Shown here: piece by piece, positions 28,030-37,487 of the stretch
Numbering within the stretch: position 1 is the stretch's first letter
How the letters are laid out: every line of letters begins with the position of its first letter
NCBI GenBank assembly: GCA_964636705.1
Contig: CAZWUJ010000003.1
Coordinates: 128,873 to 192,872, forward strand
Source of the DNA: an uncultured Vicinamibacteraceae bacterium
Lineage (GTDB): Bacteria > Acidobacteriota > Vicinamibacteria > Vicinamibacterales > UBA8438
Direction: 5' to 3'
Length of the DNA stretch: 64,000 nt
The notes under the pieces: model-generated
Told to the model about the DNA's origin: nothing
Seen by the model: the letters and a program-made list of their open reading frames with translations, nothing else
Database searches by the model: none
Position numbers and translations under genes: made by a program

Positions 28030-30945
28030 TCAGTCCGTGGGATGCGGCTGTTCCCACGCCTGCACCGGCGGGCAGGCACAGACGAGATTTCGGTCGCCCC
28101 GGGCGTCGTCGATCCGGCTCACGGTTGGCCAGAACTTGTAGGCTCCGACGAACGGCAATGGGTATGCCGCCTCCCGACGCGAGTACGGATGTGTCCAGTC
28201 GTCGGCCGTGACATCGGCCGCCGGATGCGGCGCGTTCACCAGCACGTTGTCGTCCCGGTCGGCGCGACCGTCGGCAATCGCCTGAATCTCCTCGCGAATG
28301 GCCAACATCGCGGCACAGAACCGATCGAGCTCGTCGAGCGGCTCGCTCTCGGTAGGCTCCACCATCAGCGTTCCAGGCACCGGGAACGAAACCGTCGGAG
28401 CATGGAAGCCATAGTCCATGAGCCGCTTCGCCACGTCCTGCGCCGTCACGCCGCTCGACTCCCGCAGCGGACGCAGATCGAAGATCAACTCGTGAGCCAC
28501 GCGGCCGTTGGCGCGTGCGTAGAGGACGTCGTAGGCCGACTCGAGCCGCGACTTGATGTAGTTCGCGTTGAGGAGCGCGTACCGGGCGGCGTCCGCCACG
28601 CCATCACGGCCCAGCATCCGGATGTAAGCGTAGGAGATCAGCAGAATGCTCGCGCTCCCCCACGGCGCGGCCGCTATGGGCGCGATGCCGCCATCCGCAT
28701 CCTGCGCGGCCAGCGGATGACGCGGCAGATACGGGGCCAGATGCCGGGCGACGGCAATCGGTCCCATGCCGGGGCCGCCTCCACCATGCGGAATCGCGAA
28801 CGTCTTGTGCAGGTTGAGATGGCATACGTCGGCGCCGATTCGCGCCGGAGAGGTGAGGCCGACCTGCGCGTTGAGGTTGGCGCCGTCCATGTAGACCTGT
28901 CCGCCCGCCCGGTGAATGATCTCGCAAATCTCCCGGATGGGTTCCTCGAAGACGCCATGCGTCGAGGGATACGTGATCATCAGCGCGCTCAGGTGCGAGC
29001 CGTGCCGCTCCGCCTGTGCCTTCAGGTCCGCGAGATCGACGTTGCCATCGCCGTCACACTGGACGATGACCGGGCGCAGCCCTGCCATTGCCGCACTCGC
29101 CGGATTCGTGCCGTGGGCCGACGACGGGATCAGGACCACGTTCCGTTGGGACTCGCCCCGTGCCCGGTGGTAGGCGCGGATGGCAAGGAGGCCGGCGAAC
29201 TCCCCCTGAGCGCCGGAGTTAGGCTGCAGCGAGACCGCGTCGAAGCCGGTTATTGCGCAGAGCATCTCTTCCAGCTCACTGACGATCTGACGGTAGCCCG
29301 CCGCCTGCGACTCGGGTGCGTAGGGATGGACGCGACCGAACGCCGGCCACGTGACCGGCAACATCTCCGCGGCCGCGTTCAGCTTCATGGTGCAGGAGCC
29401 AAGCGGAATCATCGAAGTGTCGAGACCGATGTCCTTGCGCTCGAGCCGCTTGAGGTAACGCATCATCTGCAGCTCGGAGTGGTGGCTGTTGAAGACGGGA
29501 TGCGTCAGGAACGGCGTCGTTCGCAGCAGGGCTGCCGGCCATTCCGGCGGTCGCGCCTCCACTGGCGCGGCGCGCTCGGCATCCAGACCCGCCTCCCTTT
29601 TCGCCCCGCCGCAGAAACAGTTCACGATTGCCGCGACATCCGCATCGGTAACCGTTTCGTCAAGTGCGATTCCGATGTCGCCGTCCTCGTGGTACCAGAA
29701 GTTGATGCGCGCCGCCTCCGCCGCCGCCCGAACGCGCGCCGCGCCATCACTGCCGCCCGCATCGATTCGGAGCGTGTCGAAAAAGGCATCATTGCGCCGG
29801 GAGAAACCGAGCGACGCGAGCCGGTCGGCCAGCCGGCGCGTCAGGCCATGCACGCGCCGCCCAATCCGTCGCAGCCCGTCCGGTCCGTGCCAGACCGCGT
29901 ACATCCCCGCGACGTTCGCCAGGAGGGCCTGCGCGGTGCAGATGTTCGAGGTCGCCCGTTCACGGCGGATGTGCTGCTCACGCGTCTGCAGCGCCATCCG
30001 GTACGCCGTCCTCCCGCGTGAATCTACCGAAACACCGATCAGCCGACCCGGCACCTGCCGCGCGTGGCGCTTCCGCGTCGCGAAGAACGCGGCGTGCGGC
30101 CCCCCACCGCCGACGGGCACACCGAAGCGCTGCGCGCTGCCCACGACAACGTCTGCGCCTGATTCGCCGGGCGGCGTCAGGAGCGTCAACGCCAGCAGGT
30201 CGGAGGCTACCGCCACCAGCACTCCAGCGTCGTGCGCCCACTGGACTATCCGCCGGAGGTCGCGCAGCCGGCCGGATGCATCGGGTGATTGCACCAGGAT
30301 GCCGAAGACGCCGGCCGCGCCCACCGCTTCCGCCGCACGCAGATCGAGTCCATCGAGACGATCGACATCGAACGATTCAACGTCGATGCCGAGCGGCTCC
30401 GCGCGACCACGCACAACGGAGATGGTCTGCGGGAAACAGTCCTTCGACACGAGGAATCGGTTGGCGGCCGGCCGGCGCCGCGCCTGCAGCCGGTGTAACA
30501 TCGCCATCGCCTCGGCCGCGGCGGTCGCCTCATCCAGCAGTGACGCGTTGGCCACCTCCATTCCGGTCAAGTCCTCGACCGTCGTCTGAAACGCAAGGAG
30601 CGCCTCGAGCCGTCCCTGCGCCACCTCGGCCTGATAAGGCGTGTACGGCGTGTACCATCCCGGCTGTTCCAGCATGTTGCGCAGCAGCACCGGTGGCGTA
30701 ACCGTCCCGTAGTAGCCCATGCCGATATACGACCGCCAACTCTCGTTGCATTCGGCGATTCCCCGCATCCGTTCAAGGAAGGCCGCCTCGGACTCCGCCG
30801 CCGGCAGTTCCAGCGGTGCCTCCAGGCGGATGGAGGCTGGCACCACCTCGTCCACAAGCGCGTCCAGGGAAGGCACGCCGACCGACCGCAGCATCACCTC
30901 CAGATCGGACGAGCGTGGACCAATGTGGCGGGCAGCAAACATCAC
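28030..30945 (-). CDS. gcvP: glycine dehydrogenase (decarboxylating), single-chain P protein
   Basis: 971 aa. The PLP lysine context is NLHKTFAIPHGGGGPG. Confidence 0.95.
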   Translation of the reverse strand: MMFAARHIGPRSSDLEVMLRSVGVPSLDALVDEVVPASIRLEAPLELPAAESEAAFLERMRGIAECNESWRSYIGMGYYGTVTPPVLLRNMLEQPGWYTPYTPYQAEVAQGRLEALLAFQTTVEDLTGMEVANASLLDEATAAAEAMAMLHRLQARRRPAANRFLVSKDCFPQTISVVRGRAEPLGIDVESFDVDRLDGLDLRAAEAVGAAGVFGILVQSPDASGRLRDLRRIVQWAHDAGVLVAVASDLLALTLLTPPGESGADVVVGSAQRFGVPVGGGGPHAAFFATRKRHARQVPGRLIGVSVDSRGRTAYRMALQTREQHIRRERATSNICTAQALLANVAGMYAVWHGPDGLRRIGRRVHGLTRRLADRLASLGFSRRNDAFFDTLRIDAGGSDGAARVRAAAEAARINFWYHEDGDIGIALDETVTDADVAAIVNCFCGGAKREAGLDAERAAPVEARPPEWPAALLRTTPFLTHPVFNSHHSELQMMRYLKRLERKDIGLDTSMIPLGSCTMKLNAAAEMLPVTWPAFGRVHPYAPESQAAGYRQIVSELEEMLCAITGFDAVSLQPNSGAQGEFAGLLAIRAYHRARGESQRNVVLIPSSAHGTNPASAAMAGLRPVIVQCDGDGNVDLADLKAQAERHGSHLSALMITYPSTHGVFEEPIREICEIIHRAGGQVYMDGANLNAQVGLTSPARIGADVCHLNLHKTFAIPHGGGGPGMGPIAVARHLAPYLPRHPLAAQDADGGIAPIAAAPWGSASILLISYAYIRMLGRDGVADAARYALLNANYIKSRLESAYDVLYARANGRVAHELIFDLRPLRESSGVTAQDVAKRLMDYGFHAPTVSFPVPGTLMVEPTESEPLDELDRFCAAMLAIREEIQAIADGRADRDDNVLVNAPHPAADVTADDWTHPYSRREAAYPLPFVGAYKFWPTVSRIDDARGDRNLVCACPPVQAWEQPHPTD

Positions 30946-31322
30946 GCCACGCCGATCAGCGCACGGTATCCATCGGCGTCCAGAAGGTCGTCCACTTCCG
31001 CCGGATCATCCACGGCAATCAGAATCATCCAGGCGCCATGCGGATCCTGGTTGACCGACTCGGGCTGATCCCGGAGGGTGTCGTTCACCTCGACGATGCG
31101 GCCGCTTATCGGCGCATACAGGTCGGAGACGGCCTTGACTGATTCGATCGACCCGAACTGCTCCCCTTTCGTCACCGTGCCGCCTGACTCCGGCAGATCA
31201 ACGAATACGACATCGCCCAGTTGCCGCTGGGCGTAGTCGGTGACGCCGATGCGTCCGGTCTCTCCCTCGATCCGGATCCACTCATGGTCTTTCGTATAGC
31301 GCAGGTCGGTCGGGTAAGTCAT
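30942..31322 (-). CDS. gcvH: glycine cleavage system H protein
   Basis: 126 aa. The lipoyl-lysine motif is SIESVKAVSDLY. Confidence 0.95.
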   Translation of the reverse strand: MTYPTDLRYTKDHEWIRIEGETGRIGVTDYAQRQLGDVVFVDLPESGGTVTKGEQFGSIESVKAVSDLYAPISGRIVEVNDTLRDQPESVNQDPHGAWMILIAVDDPAEVDDLLDADGYRALIGVA

Positions 31323-32464
31323 CGTGGCCTCCGATAGAACGGCATCCGGACCACGCGCGCCCGACGGCGCGTACCCCGGACGTCGATCAGCAGTTCCGTA
31401 TCGCGCTTCGCCAACGCCGCCGGAACGTACGCCATGCCAATCGCCTTCTTGAGGTGCGGCGTCAAGGTCCCGCTGGTCACGTGCCCGATCGCCGCGTCAG
31501 AAGGATCCGCGTCAACGGCATGAACGTCACAGCCGGGGCGCGCGATGCCGCGGTCGATCATTTCGAAACCGGCAAGACGCCGCGCCAATCCCGCTTCCCG
31601 TTCCGCTGCGAGTGCTTCGCGTCCGATGAACGGCCCCTTCTCCCAGTTAATCAGCCACCCCAGACCCGCTTCAAGCAACGTCGTCGTCCGATCCATGTCC
31701 TGTCCGTGGAGCCGCATTCCGGCTTCCAGCCTCAGCGTGTCCCGAGCGCCCAGACCCGCGGGAACCAGACCATGCCCGCCGCCTGACGCCAGAACGGCGT
31801 TCCAGACCGCCTCGGCTGCCGCCGGAGCCACGAGAAGCTCGAAGCCGTCCTCACCGGTATAGCCGGTGCGGGCAATCGTCGCGCGGGCGCTTCCCACTTC
31901 GCCGGTCGCGAACGCGAACGCCGGGATCGATTGCAGATCGACGCCGGTGAGCGGCTGCAGGATGGCTTCGGAGCGTGGCCCCTGCAGCGCGAGCAACGCA
32001 TACCGGGAACTGGTGTCGATCACGGCCGCGTCGGCCATGTCGCTCCCGCCATCCGGCCGGACTGCGTCCCTGATCCAGCGCAAGTCGTTGCCGGCGTTGG
32101 CGGCGTTCACGACGAGAAGGAAGTGGTCGGCCGCCAGGCGGTACACCACCAAGTCGTCGACCACTGTCCCCGCTGGCGTCGTCAGCGCGGAGTACTGCGC
32201 TTGCCCCACTTCCAGCCGGGCTGCGTCGTTGGCGGTAACTTGCTGCAACACGGCAAGCGCGTCCGCGCCGGCCAGCTCCAGCTCCCCCATGTGGCTTACG
32301 TCGAACAGACCGGCGGTTGTCCTTACCGCCGCGTGTTCCGCCGCGATCCCCGAATACTGCAGCGGCATCTCCCAGCCGCCGAACGGAACCATCCGGGCTC
32401 CAAGCGCAACGTGGCTCGCGTAGAGAGGCGTTCTTCTCGGGGTATCGGCCGGCGTCCAGGCCAT
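31319..32464 (-). CDS. gcvT: glycine cleavage system aminomethyltransferase T
   Basis: TPLYASHVALGARMVPFGGWEMPLQY and the C-terminus FYRRPR are present. I prefer the ATG at 32464 over the TTG at 32482. Confidence 0.93.
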   Translation of the reverse strand: MAWTPADTPRRTPLYASHVALGARMVPFGGWEMPLQYSGIAAEHAAVRTTAGLFDVSHMGELELAGADALAVLQQVTANDAARLEVGQAQYSALTTPAGTVVDDLVVYRLAADHFLLVVNAANAGNDLRWIRDAVRPDGGSDMADAAVIDTSSRYALLALQGPRSEAILQPLTGVDLQSIPAFAFATGEVGSARATIARTGYTGEDGFELLVAPAAAEAVWNAVLASGGGHGLVPAGLGARDTLRLEAGMRLHGQDMDRTTTLLEAGLGWLINWEKGPFIGREALAAEREAGLARRLAGFEMIDRGIARPGCDVHAVDADPSDAAIGHVTSGTLTPHLKKAIGMAYVPAALAKRDTELLIDVRGTRRRARVVRMPFYRRPR

Positions 32465-32662
32465 CGGCGTGGGAAGGGTCAACCGGCACGCGGCAGTGAG
32501 CCGCGCACCGGACGCGTAACCCTACTACGCACCCGTCGACCGGTCAAGAATTGCCCGGACGGAGTATCATGGTGGGAGTCGGACTCAGTCGCCATGCCGT
32601 GTGTAAACAACGGGCGGAGATGCGACTTCTTAGAGGGAGACGGCCGTGATTCCGCGACACCG

Positions 32663-33328
32663 ATGACGACTGCCAACATCACGACAACCGATCAACGCAC
32701 CGTCGCGGACTCGGAACTGGTGGCGGAAACCAAGGCGCTCCTCGCCTCGGGCAATCGAGTCGCCGCCGGCGAGCGGTTCGCGACGCTGATCGAACGTCAT
32801 CAGCGTCGCGCCACGCGGATCGCCTACTACTACCTGCGGGACCCGGCGGAGGTCGACGAAGCGGTTCAGGATGCGTTCCTCAAGGCATTCACCCATCTGC
32901 CATCGTTCCGCGAACAGTTGCTTTTCGAACTCTGGCTCACCCGCATCCTGACCAACGGCTGCTTCGACCGCCTCAAGGCGCGTACGCGGCGCCTTCGCTG
33001 GATGGTGCCGGTGGACGAAGCCGAGTCCGACCAGCAGGACTGGATTGCACGGCAACCCGCGGCTGGTTTGTCTCCTGAAGCCGCGCTCCTGGAAGCCGAA
33101 CGGCGCACCGAACTGCTCGCGGCGGTCGACCGCTTGCCGCAACGGCAACGGGCTGTCGTAGTGTTGAGCCAGTTTGAGGGGCATCCGACCCGCGATGTGG
33201 CCGCGATGCTGGAATTGAGCGAGGCAACCGTCAGGGTTCACCTGTTTCGGGCCATCCGGTCGTTGCGCCGTCACCTGTCGGGTGCGGCGTGGCTGGCGGA
33301 ACGTCGCGGCGGGGAGGCAAGGGCCTGA
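32663..33328 (+). CDS. ECF (sigma-24 type) RNA polymerase sigma factor
   Basis: The in-frame ATG at 32663 lies inside track ORF 31931..33328. Region 2 (DAFLKAF...WLTRILTN) and region 4 (AMLELSEATVRVHLFRA) are recognisable. Confidence 0.85.
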   Translation: MTTANITTTDQRTVADSELVAETKALLASGNRVAAGERFATLIERHQRRATRIAYYYLRDPAEVDEAVQDAFLKAFTHLPSFREQLLFELWLTRILTNGCFDRLKARTRRLRWMVPVDEAESDQQDWIARQPAAGLSPEAALLEAERRTELLAAVDRLPQRQRAVVVLSQFEGHPTRDVAAMLELSEATVRVHLFRAIRSLRRHLSGAAWLAERRGGEARA

Positions 33329-34014
33329 TGGGTCTGCGTGGCTGGCGGGAGATCGGAGGCTGGTCGTCCTGTCTGCGCCGCCTGCGCCCGTCGCGGCATC
33401 TGACCGAGCGGGAACTGGCGTTGGTGGCGGTCGAGGATGGCCGGAAGACGGATCCGATCATGGCGGCAATCACCACGCATCTGGCGGTCTGCCCCGACTG
33501 CGCTGTGAAGCGTTCCGATACCCGGGGGCTCCTCGCCCGCATCGCCGACGAGGCGGAAGCGGCATTTGATGCGGAAACACCGTCCCACCGTTTCGCCAGG
33601 CAGCGCCGCCGCATACTGCGCCGGGTCGGAACCGCGTTCGGTTCGGGTCCGGCCCGTATCCTCCTGTTCCCGGCGAGCGCCCCGCGGGCAGCACGCCGTG
33701 CATCGAGCGCCCCCCGCTGGCTGGCCGCCACCGCCGCAGCCGGCTTGTTGCTCAGCCTGGCACTGGTGCAACCCGGCGACGTTCCGCGTTCCGAATCGAA
33801 CGGCACCCGACCCGGGGAGAGTGTGGCGAGCGCGGAGAACCGCGCTCTGGCAACGACCGGCGAACCCGCATCGGAGCGGGGACTCGCCTCGCAGACGGAC
33901 GAGGAGTTGATGCGCGATCTGGAAGCAGCGCTCGCCACCTGGCGAGTCGAGCCGTTGATGGCTCTGGACGAAATGACGCCCCGGCTCCGTGCGGCGTCGA
34001 TAGACGTCCGCTGA
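33328..34014 (+). CDS. anti-sigma factor (zinc-finger type N-terminus, single TM)
   Basis: There is an ATGA-type overlap with the sigma stop. An H-x3-C-x2-C motif (THLAVCPDC) and a central TM segment (WLAATAAAGLLLSLALV) are present. Confidence 0.7.
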   Translation: MGLRGWREIGGWSSCLRRLRPSRHLTERELALVAVEDGRKTDPIMAAITTHLAVCPDCAVKRSDTRGLLARIADEAEAAFDAETPSHRFARQRRRILRRVGTAFGSGPARILLFPASAPRAARRASSAPRWLAATAAAGLLLSLALVQPGDVPRSESNGTRPGESVASAENRALATTGEPASERGLASQTDEELMRDLEAALATWRVEPLMALDEMTPRLRAASIDVR

Positions 34015-35225
34015 TGCGCGATCCTGGCGCCAACCATCATCCCGTGACCACGATCTTCCGCAAGGGCCTCGACGTCAAGCACCTTGTGGCCGACGAACTG
34101 GCCCGCGACTATCACAGCCAGTTGATCGACCGTATCCGCGAGAACGGCCATGCCCACCAGAGCGGGCGGGTAACGATTCATGTGGCGCAGGAGTTCGGCT
34201 TTTGTTACGGGGTCGATCGGGCGGTCGACTACGCCTACCAGACCAGACGCCGGTTTCCCGACCGACGCGTGTATCTGACCGGCGAGATCATCCACAACCC
34301 GCAGGTGAACGGGCGCTTGCGTGACGCCGGGATCCAGTTTCTGAGCGACGACAGCGAGTCCATCGACGGCGTCCGCCCGGACGATGTGGTGATCCTGCCG
34401 GCCTTCGGTGTCACTGTCGGCGACCTTGCCGAACTGGACCGGCGCGGCTGCACCCTCGTCGACACGACGTGCGGCTCCGTCCTGAACGTCTGGAAGAACG
34501 TCCGCCGCTATGCGCGGGACGGCTACACGTCGGTGATTCACGGCAAGGTCGGCCACGAAGAGACGCAGGCAACCGCCTCTCAGGCGGCGTTGACTCCCGG
34601 CGGACGCTACGCCGTGGTGCGCGACGAGGCGGAGGCGGCGCTGCTTTGCGACTGCATCCGGGAAAACGAGACACCGGAGGCGTTCCAGGAGCGGCTTGGC
34701 CATGCCTGCTCCCCGGGCTTCGATCCTCGTCGCGACCTCCGCAAGGTGGGCCTCGCAAACCAGACGACGATGCTGATGAGCGAATCGCTTGCGGTAGGCG
34801 AGATGGTTCGCCGCGCCATGATCGACCGGTACGGTGAAGCGGCGCTCGGCGAACACTACCGCGCGTTCGACACGATTTGCAGCGCCACTCAGGATCGCCA
34901 GGACGCCGTCATCGCGCTGCTTGACAGCCGGCGGCTCGATCTGGCGGTCGTCATCGGCGGCTACAACAGCAGCAACACGCGGAATCTTGCCCGCATCTGC
35001 TCGGACCGGGTACCCACGTACCACATAGCAGGCCCCGGGTGCCTGGAGTCGGACGCCGTCATTCGGTATCTTCCGGCGTCAGGCTCCCCTGCCCGGACGG
35101 CGGAGTCGACGGCGAGGGACTGGCTTCCACCCAATGGCGCGCTCGCCATCGCCGTCACCGCCGGCGCATCGACCCCGGACACCGTGGTGGGCGAAGTGAT
35201 CGAACGGCTCGTAGAATTGGCTTGA
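34014..35225 (+). CDS. ispH: 4-hydroxy-3-methylbut-2-enyl diphosphate reductase (long form)
   Basis: FGFCYGVDRAV, TCGSVLNVW and SSNTRNL are present. There is a TGATG overlap with the anti-sigma stop. Confidence 0.9.
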   Translation: MRDPGANHHPVTTIFRKGLDVKHLVADELARDYHSQLIDRIRENGHAHQSGRVTIHVAQEFGFCYGVDRAVDYAYQTRRRFPDRRVYLTGEIIHNPQVNGRLRDAGIQFLSDDSESIDGVRPDDVVILPAFGVTVGDLAELDRRGCTLVDTTCGSVLNVWKNVRRYARDGYTSVIHGKVGHEETQATASQAALTPGGRYAVVRDEAEAALLCDCIRENETPEAFQERLGHACSPGFDPRRDLRKVGLANQTTMLMSESLAVGEMVRRAMIDRYGEAALGEHYRAFDTICSATQDRQDAVIALLDSRRLDLAVVIGGYNSSNTRNLARICSDRVPTYHIAGPGCLESDAVIRYLPASGSPARTAESTARDWLPPNGALAIAVTAGASTPDTVVGEVIERLVELA

Positions 35226-35236
35226 GGAGCACTACC

Positions 35237-35686
35237 ATGCGGAACCGAGTCCCGCGCATCGTCTCCTTCGTGTTGCCGGCCATCGTCTGCGCGGTGGCGG
35301 GCAGTCCCTCGGAATCCGAGGCGACGCAACGCTACAAGTGGTGGCAATCCACCGAGGTACAGACGGAGCTCGAACTCACCGACGATCAGGGCGTTCGGAT
35401 CGAAGCAGTCTTCCAGGAACTGCGACCGACCCTGCGAAAGATGGTGCGCCGCCTCGATCGGGAGGAAGAGGAACTGAGTCAGCTCATCCGTGCCATGGCG
35501 GCCGAAGAGTGGGAAGTCACCCTGAAGATCGATGACGTGGAGGCAGCGCGTAGCGCGCTCAGCAAGACTCGGACCCTGATGCTCTACCGGATGCACAAGG
35601 TGCTGACGCGACAGCAGATCGAGGCGTTGCACGACTTCCTGGAGCGGCGCGAAGGCCGGTCGTCACGCGGATCCGACCAGCGCTAG
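35237..35686 (+). CDS. periplasmic Spy/CpxP-like (LTXXQ motif) protein
   Basis: The ATG at 35237 lies inside track ORF 35039..35686. It has a signal peptide and the motifs LTDDQ and LTRQQ in helical, charged sequence. Confidence 0.6.
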   Translation: MRNRVPRIVSFVLPAIVCAVAGSPSESEATQRYKWWQSTEVQTELELTDDQGVRIEAVFQELRPTLRKMVRRLDREEEELSQLIRAMAAEEWEVTLKIDDVEAARSALSKTRTLMLYRMHKVLTRQQIEALHDFLERREGRSSRGSDQR

Positions 35687-35785
35687 CGTTCCGAACCGGG
35701 ACGGCGGTCTTGGCGTCTAACGGATTGACGCGGAAAGAAAACCGCTGCGAGTCGGGTCCAAGTTATCGGAGCTGGAGGTAGTGCC

Positions 35786-37438
35786 TTGACCACTGATGTC
35801 CGTCGTCTCTGCGCCGTGTGCCTTGCCGCTGCCGCGACCCTCGTCGCGCCTGCGGCTCAGGCCCAGATTCTCGTTCCCACCGGGACCGTCGACCCCGAAG
35901 AAGTCGCATCGGCCCGCCAAAGCGCCCAACCGGATCCATCGTTCGGTCGTTACGACCTCACGCTCGACGACGCGATCGAGCGGGCGCTCGAGCGCAATCT
36001 CGATATTGCAGTTCAGCGGATCAACCCGCTGGTGCAGGATCTTGCGATAGTTACCGCGAACTCCGCGTTCCTGCCTTTCGCCTCGTCCAGCTTCGGCCTC
36101 AATCAGTCCACTTTTCCCAATCGGACCCTGTTCGACGGCGGCGGGCTGGAGGGCAGCTCGATCGTTACCGACCGGGGCAACTACGACGTCGGGATCAATC
36201 AGCAGGTCAAGTGGGGCGGCGGTCAGTACAGCATCGCCTGGGACAGCAACCGTTCAGAGTCGACCAACATCTTCAACAGCTTCAACCCGAGCTACTCGGC
36301 CAACATGAGCCTGTCGTACACGCAGCCGCTTCTGCGCGGGTTCCGAACCGATCAGCGTCGAACGCAGCTCGTGGTCTCCCAGATCAACCGCGACGTTTCC
36401 GACATCAATCTGGAACAAACCATCACCAACACGCTCTCCAACGTCCGGTCGCGGTACTGGGATCTGGTCTATGCGAACGCCTCGGTCGGAGTACAGGAAC
36501 AGGCGCTGGCTCTGGCCGAGCAACTCGTCCGCGACAACCAGGTGCGCGTCGAGATCGGCACGCTGGCGCCCATCGACGTCGTACAGGCCGAGTCCGAGGC
36601 GGCCGCGCGGCGACAGGCATTGGCTCAGGCGATGCAGGTGCTGCGAACGGCGGAACTCGCCCTGAAGCAGCTCATCGTCGGCGGAACGTCGGATGAGCTT
36701 TGGACCGCCGAGTTGAATCCCATCGACGAACCGCAGATCGAGGCGACACCTATCGATCTGGAGGCAGCGATCGCCGGAGCGCTCGAACGGCGTACCGATA
36801 TCGAGCGCGTTCGGCGGCAACTCAACATCAATGACGCGAACGTGGAGAACCTGCGCAACTCCACACTGCCCGCACTCGACCTGATCGGCTCCTATCAGGT
36901 GACGGGACAAGGCGGCCCCCGGGTGATCCGGGACAACATCTTCGGTGGCGGTGTGGCAACCGAGATCCCGGGAGGCTACGCCGATGCGCTCGGCAGCGTC
37001 GTCAGGAACGAGTACCCCTTCTGGAGCGTCGGGCTCCAGATGAGTTATCCGCTGGGCCAGAGCGCCGACAAGGCGGCGTACGAGCGGGCGCGGCTGCAGT
37101 TACAGCAGACGACTGCGCAGATCCGTCAGATCGAACTCCAGATCGCGACTGAGGTCAGCAATGCCGCGCTGCAGATCGACGCCATTCAGGAACGGATCGA
37201 GGCGGCGTCGGCGGCGCGCGAGCTGGCCGAGGAGCAGTTGCGCGCCGAAGAGAGCCGGTTCGAGGTCGGCTTGTCGACCAATTTCTTCGTCGTTCAGGCA
37301 CAGCGCGACCTGGCAACCGCGCAGGACAACGAGCTGCGCGCGATCCTTGACTTTCAACTGGCCCTGATCGAGTTCGAGCGGGCACAGCGATCGTCGCTCG
37401 GCGCGGCGGGGATCACCGTAATCGGCGGGGGAGGATAA
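35786..37438 (+). CDS. TolC-family outer membrane efflux protein
   Basis: 550 aa with the signal peptide ...APAAQAQ. The duplicated OEP repeats carry the typical coiled segments. Confidence 0.85.
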   Translation: MTTDVRRLCAVCLAAAATLVAPAAQAQILVPTGTVDPEEVASARQSAQPDPSFGRYDLTLDDAIERALERNLDIAVQRINPLVQDLAIVTANSAFLPFASSSFGLNQSTFPNRTLFDGGGLEGSSIVTDRGNYDVGINQQVKWGGGQYSIAWDSNRSESTNIFNSFNPSYSANMSLSYTQPLLRGFRTDQRRTQLVVSQINRDVSDINLEQTITNTLSNVRSRYWDLVYANASVGVQEQALALAEQLVRDNQVRVEIGTLAPIDVVQAESEAAARRQALAQAMQVLRTAELALKQLIVGGTSDELWTAELNPIDEPQIEATPIDLEAAIAGALERRTDIERVRRQLNINDANVENLRNSTLPALDLIGSYQVTGQGGPRVIRDNIFGGGVATEIPGGYADALGSVVRNEYPFWSVGLQMSYPLGQSADKAAYERARLQLQQTTAQIRQIELQIATEVSNAALQIDAIQERIEAASAARELAEEQLRAEESRFEVGLSTNFFVVQAQRDLATAQDNELRAILDFQLALIEFERAQRSSLGAAGITVIGGGG

Positions 37439-37487
37439 GCGAATCCGCGGGGAGGAACCTGCTGTAACGCGCACGGGGCATCAGATC

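Noticed and set aside
28042-30021. 659-aa plus-strand ORF
   Set aside because: It is entirely antisense to gcvP, which is unambiguous. Its composition is Arg- and Pro-rich with no motifs.
32465-32662. Possible glycine riboswitch upstream of gcvT
   Set aside because: I read the minus-strand leader looking for the GGAGAG...ACCGAAGGGGCAA...CUCAGGCAAAAGGAC pattern. I found only a weak partial resemblance (CTCCGTCCGGGCAA) and no second conserved block. A cmscan against RF00504 would settle it.
33231-35024. 597-aa minus-strand ORF
   Set aside because: It is antisense to the anti-sigma factor and ispH genes. It has shadow-ORF composition.
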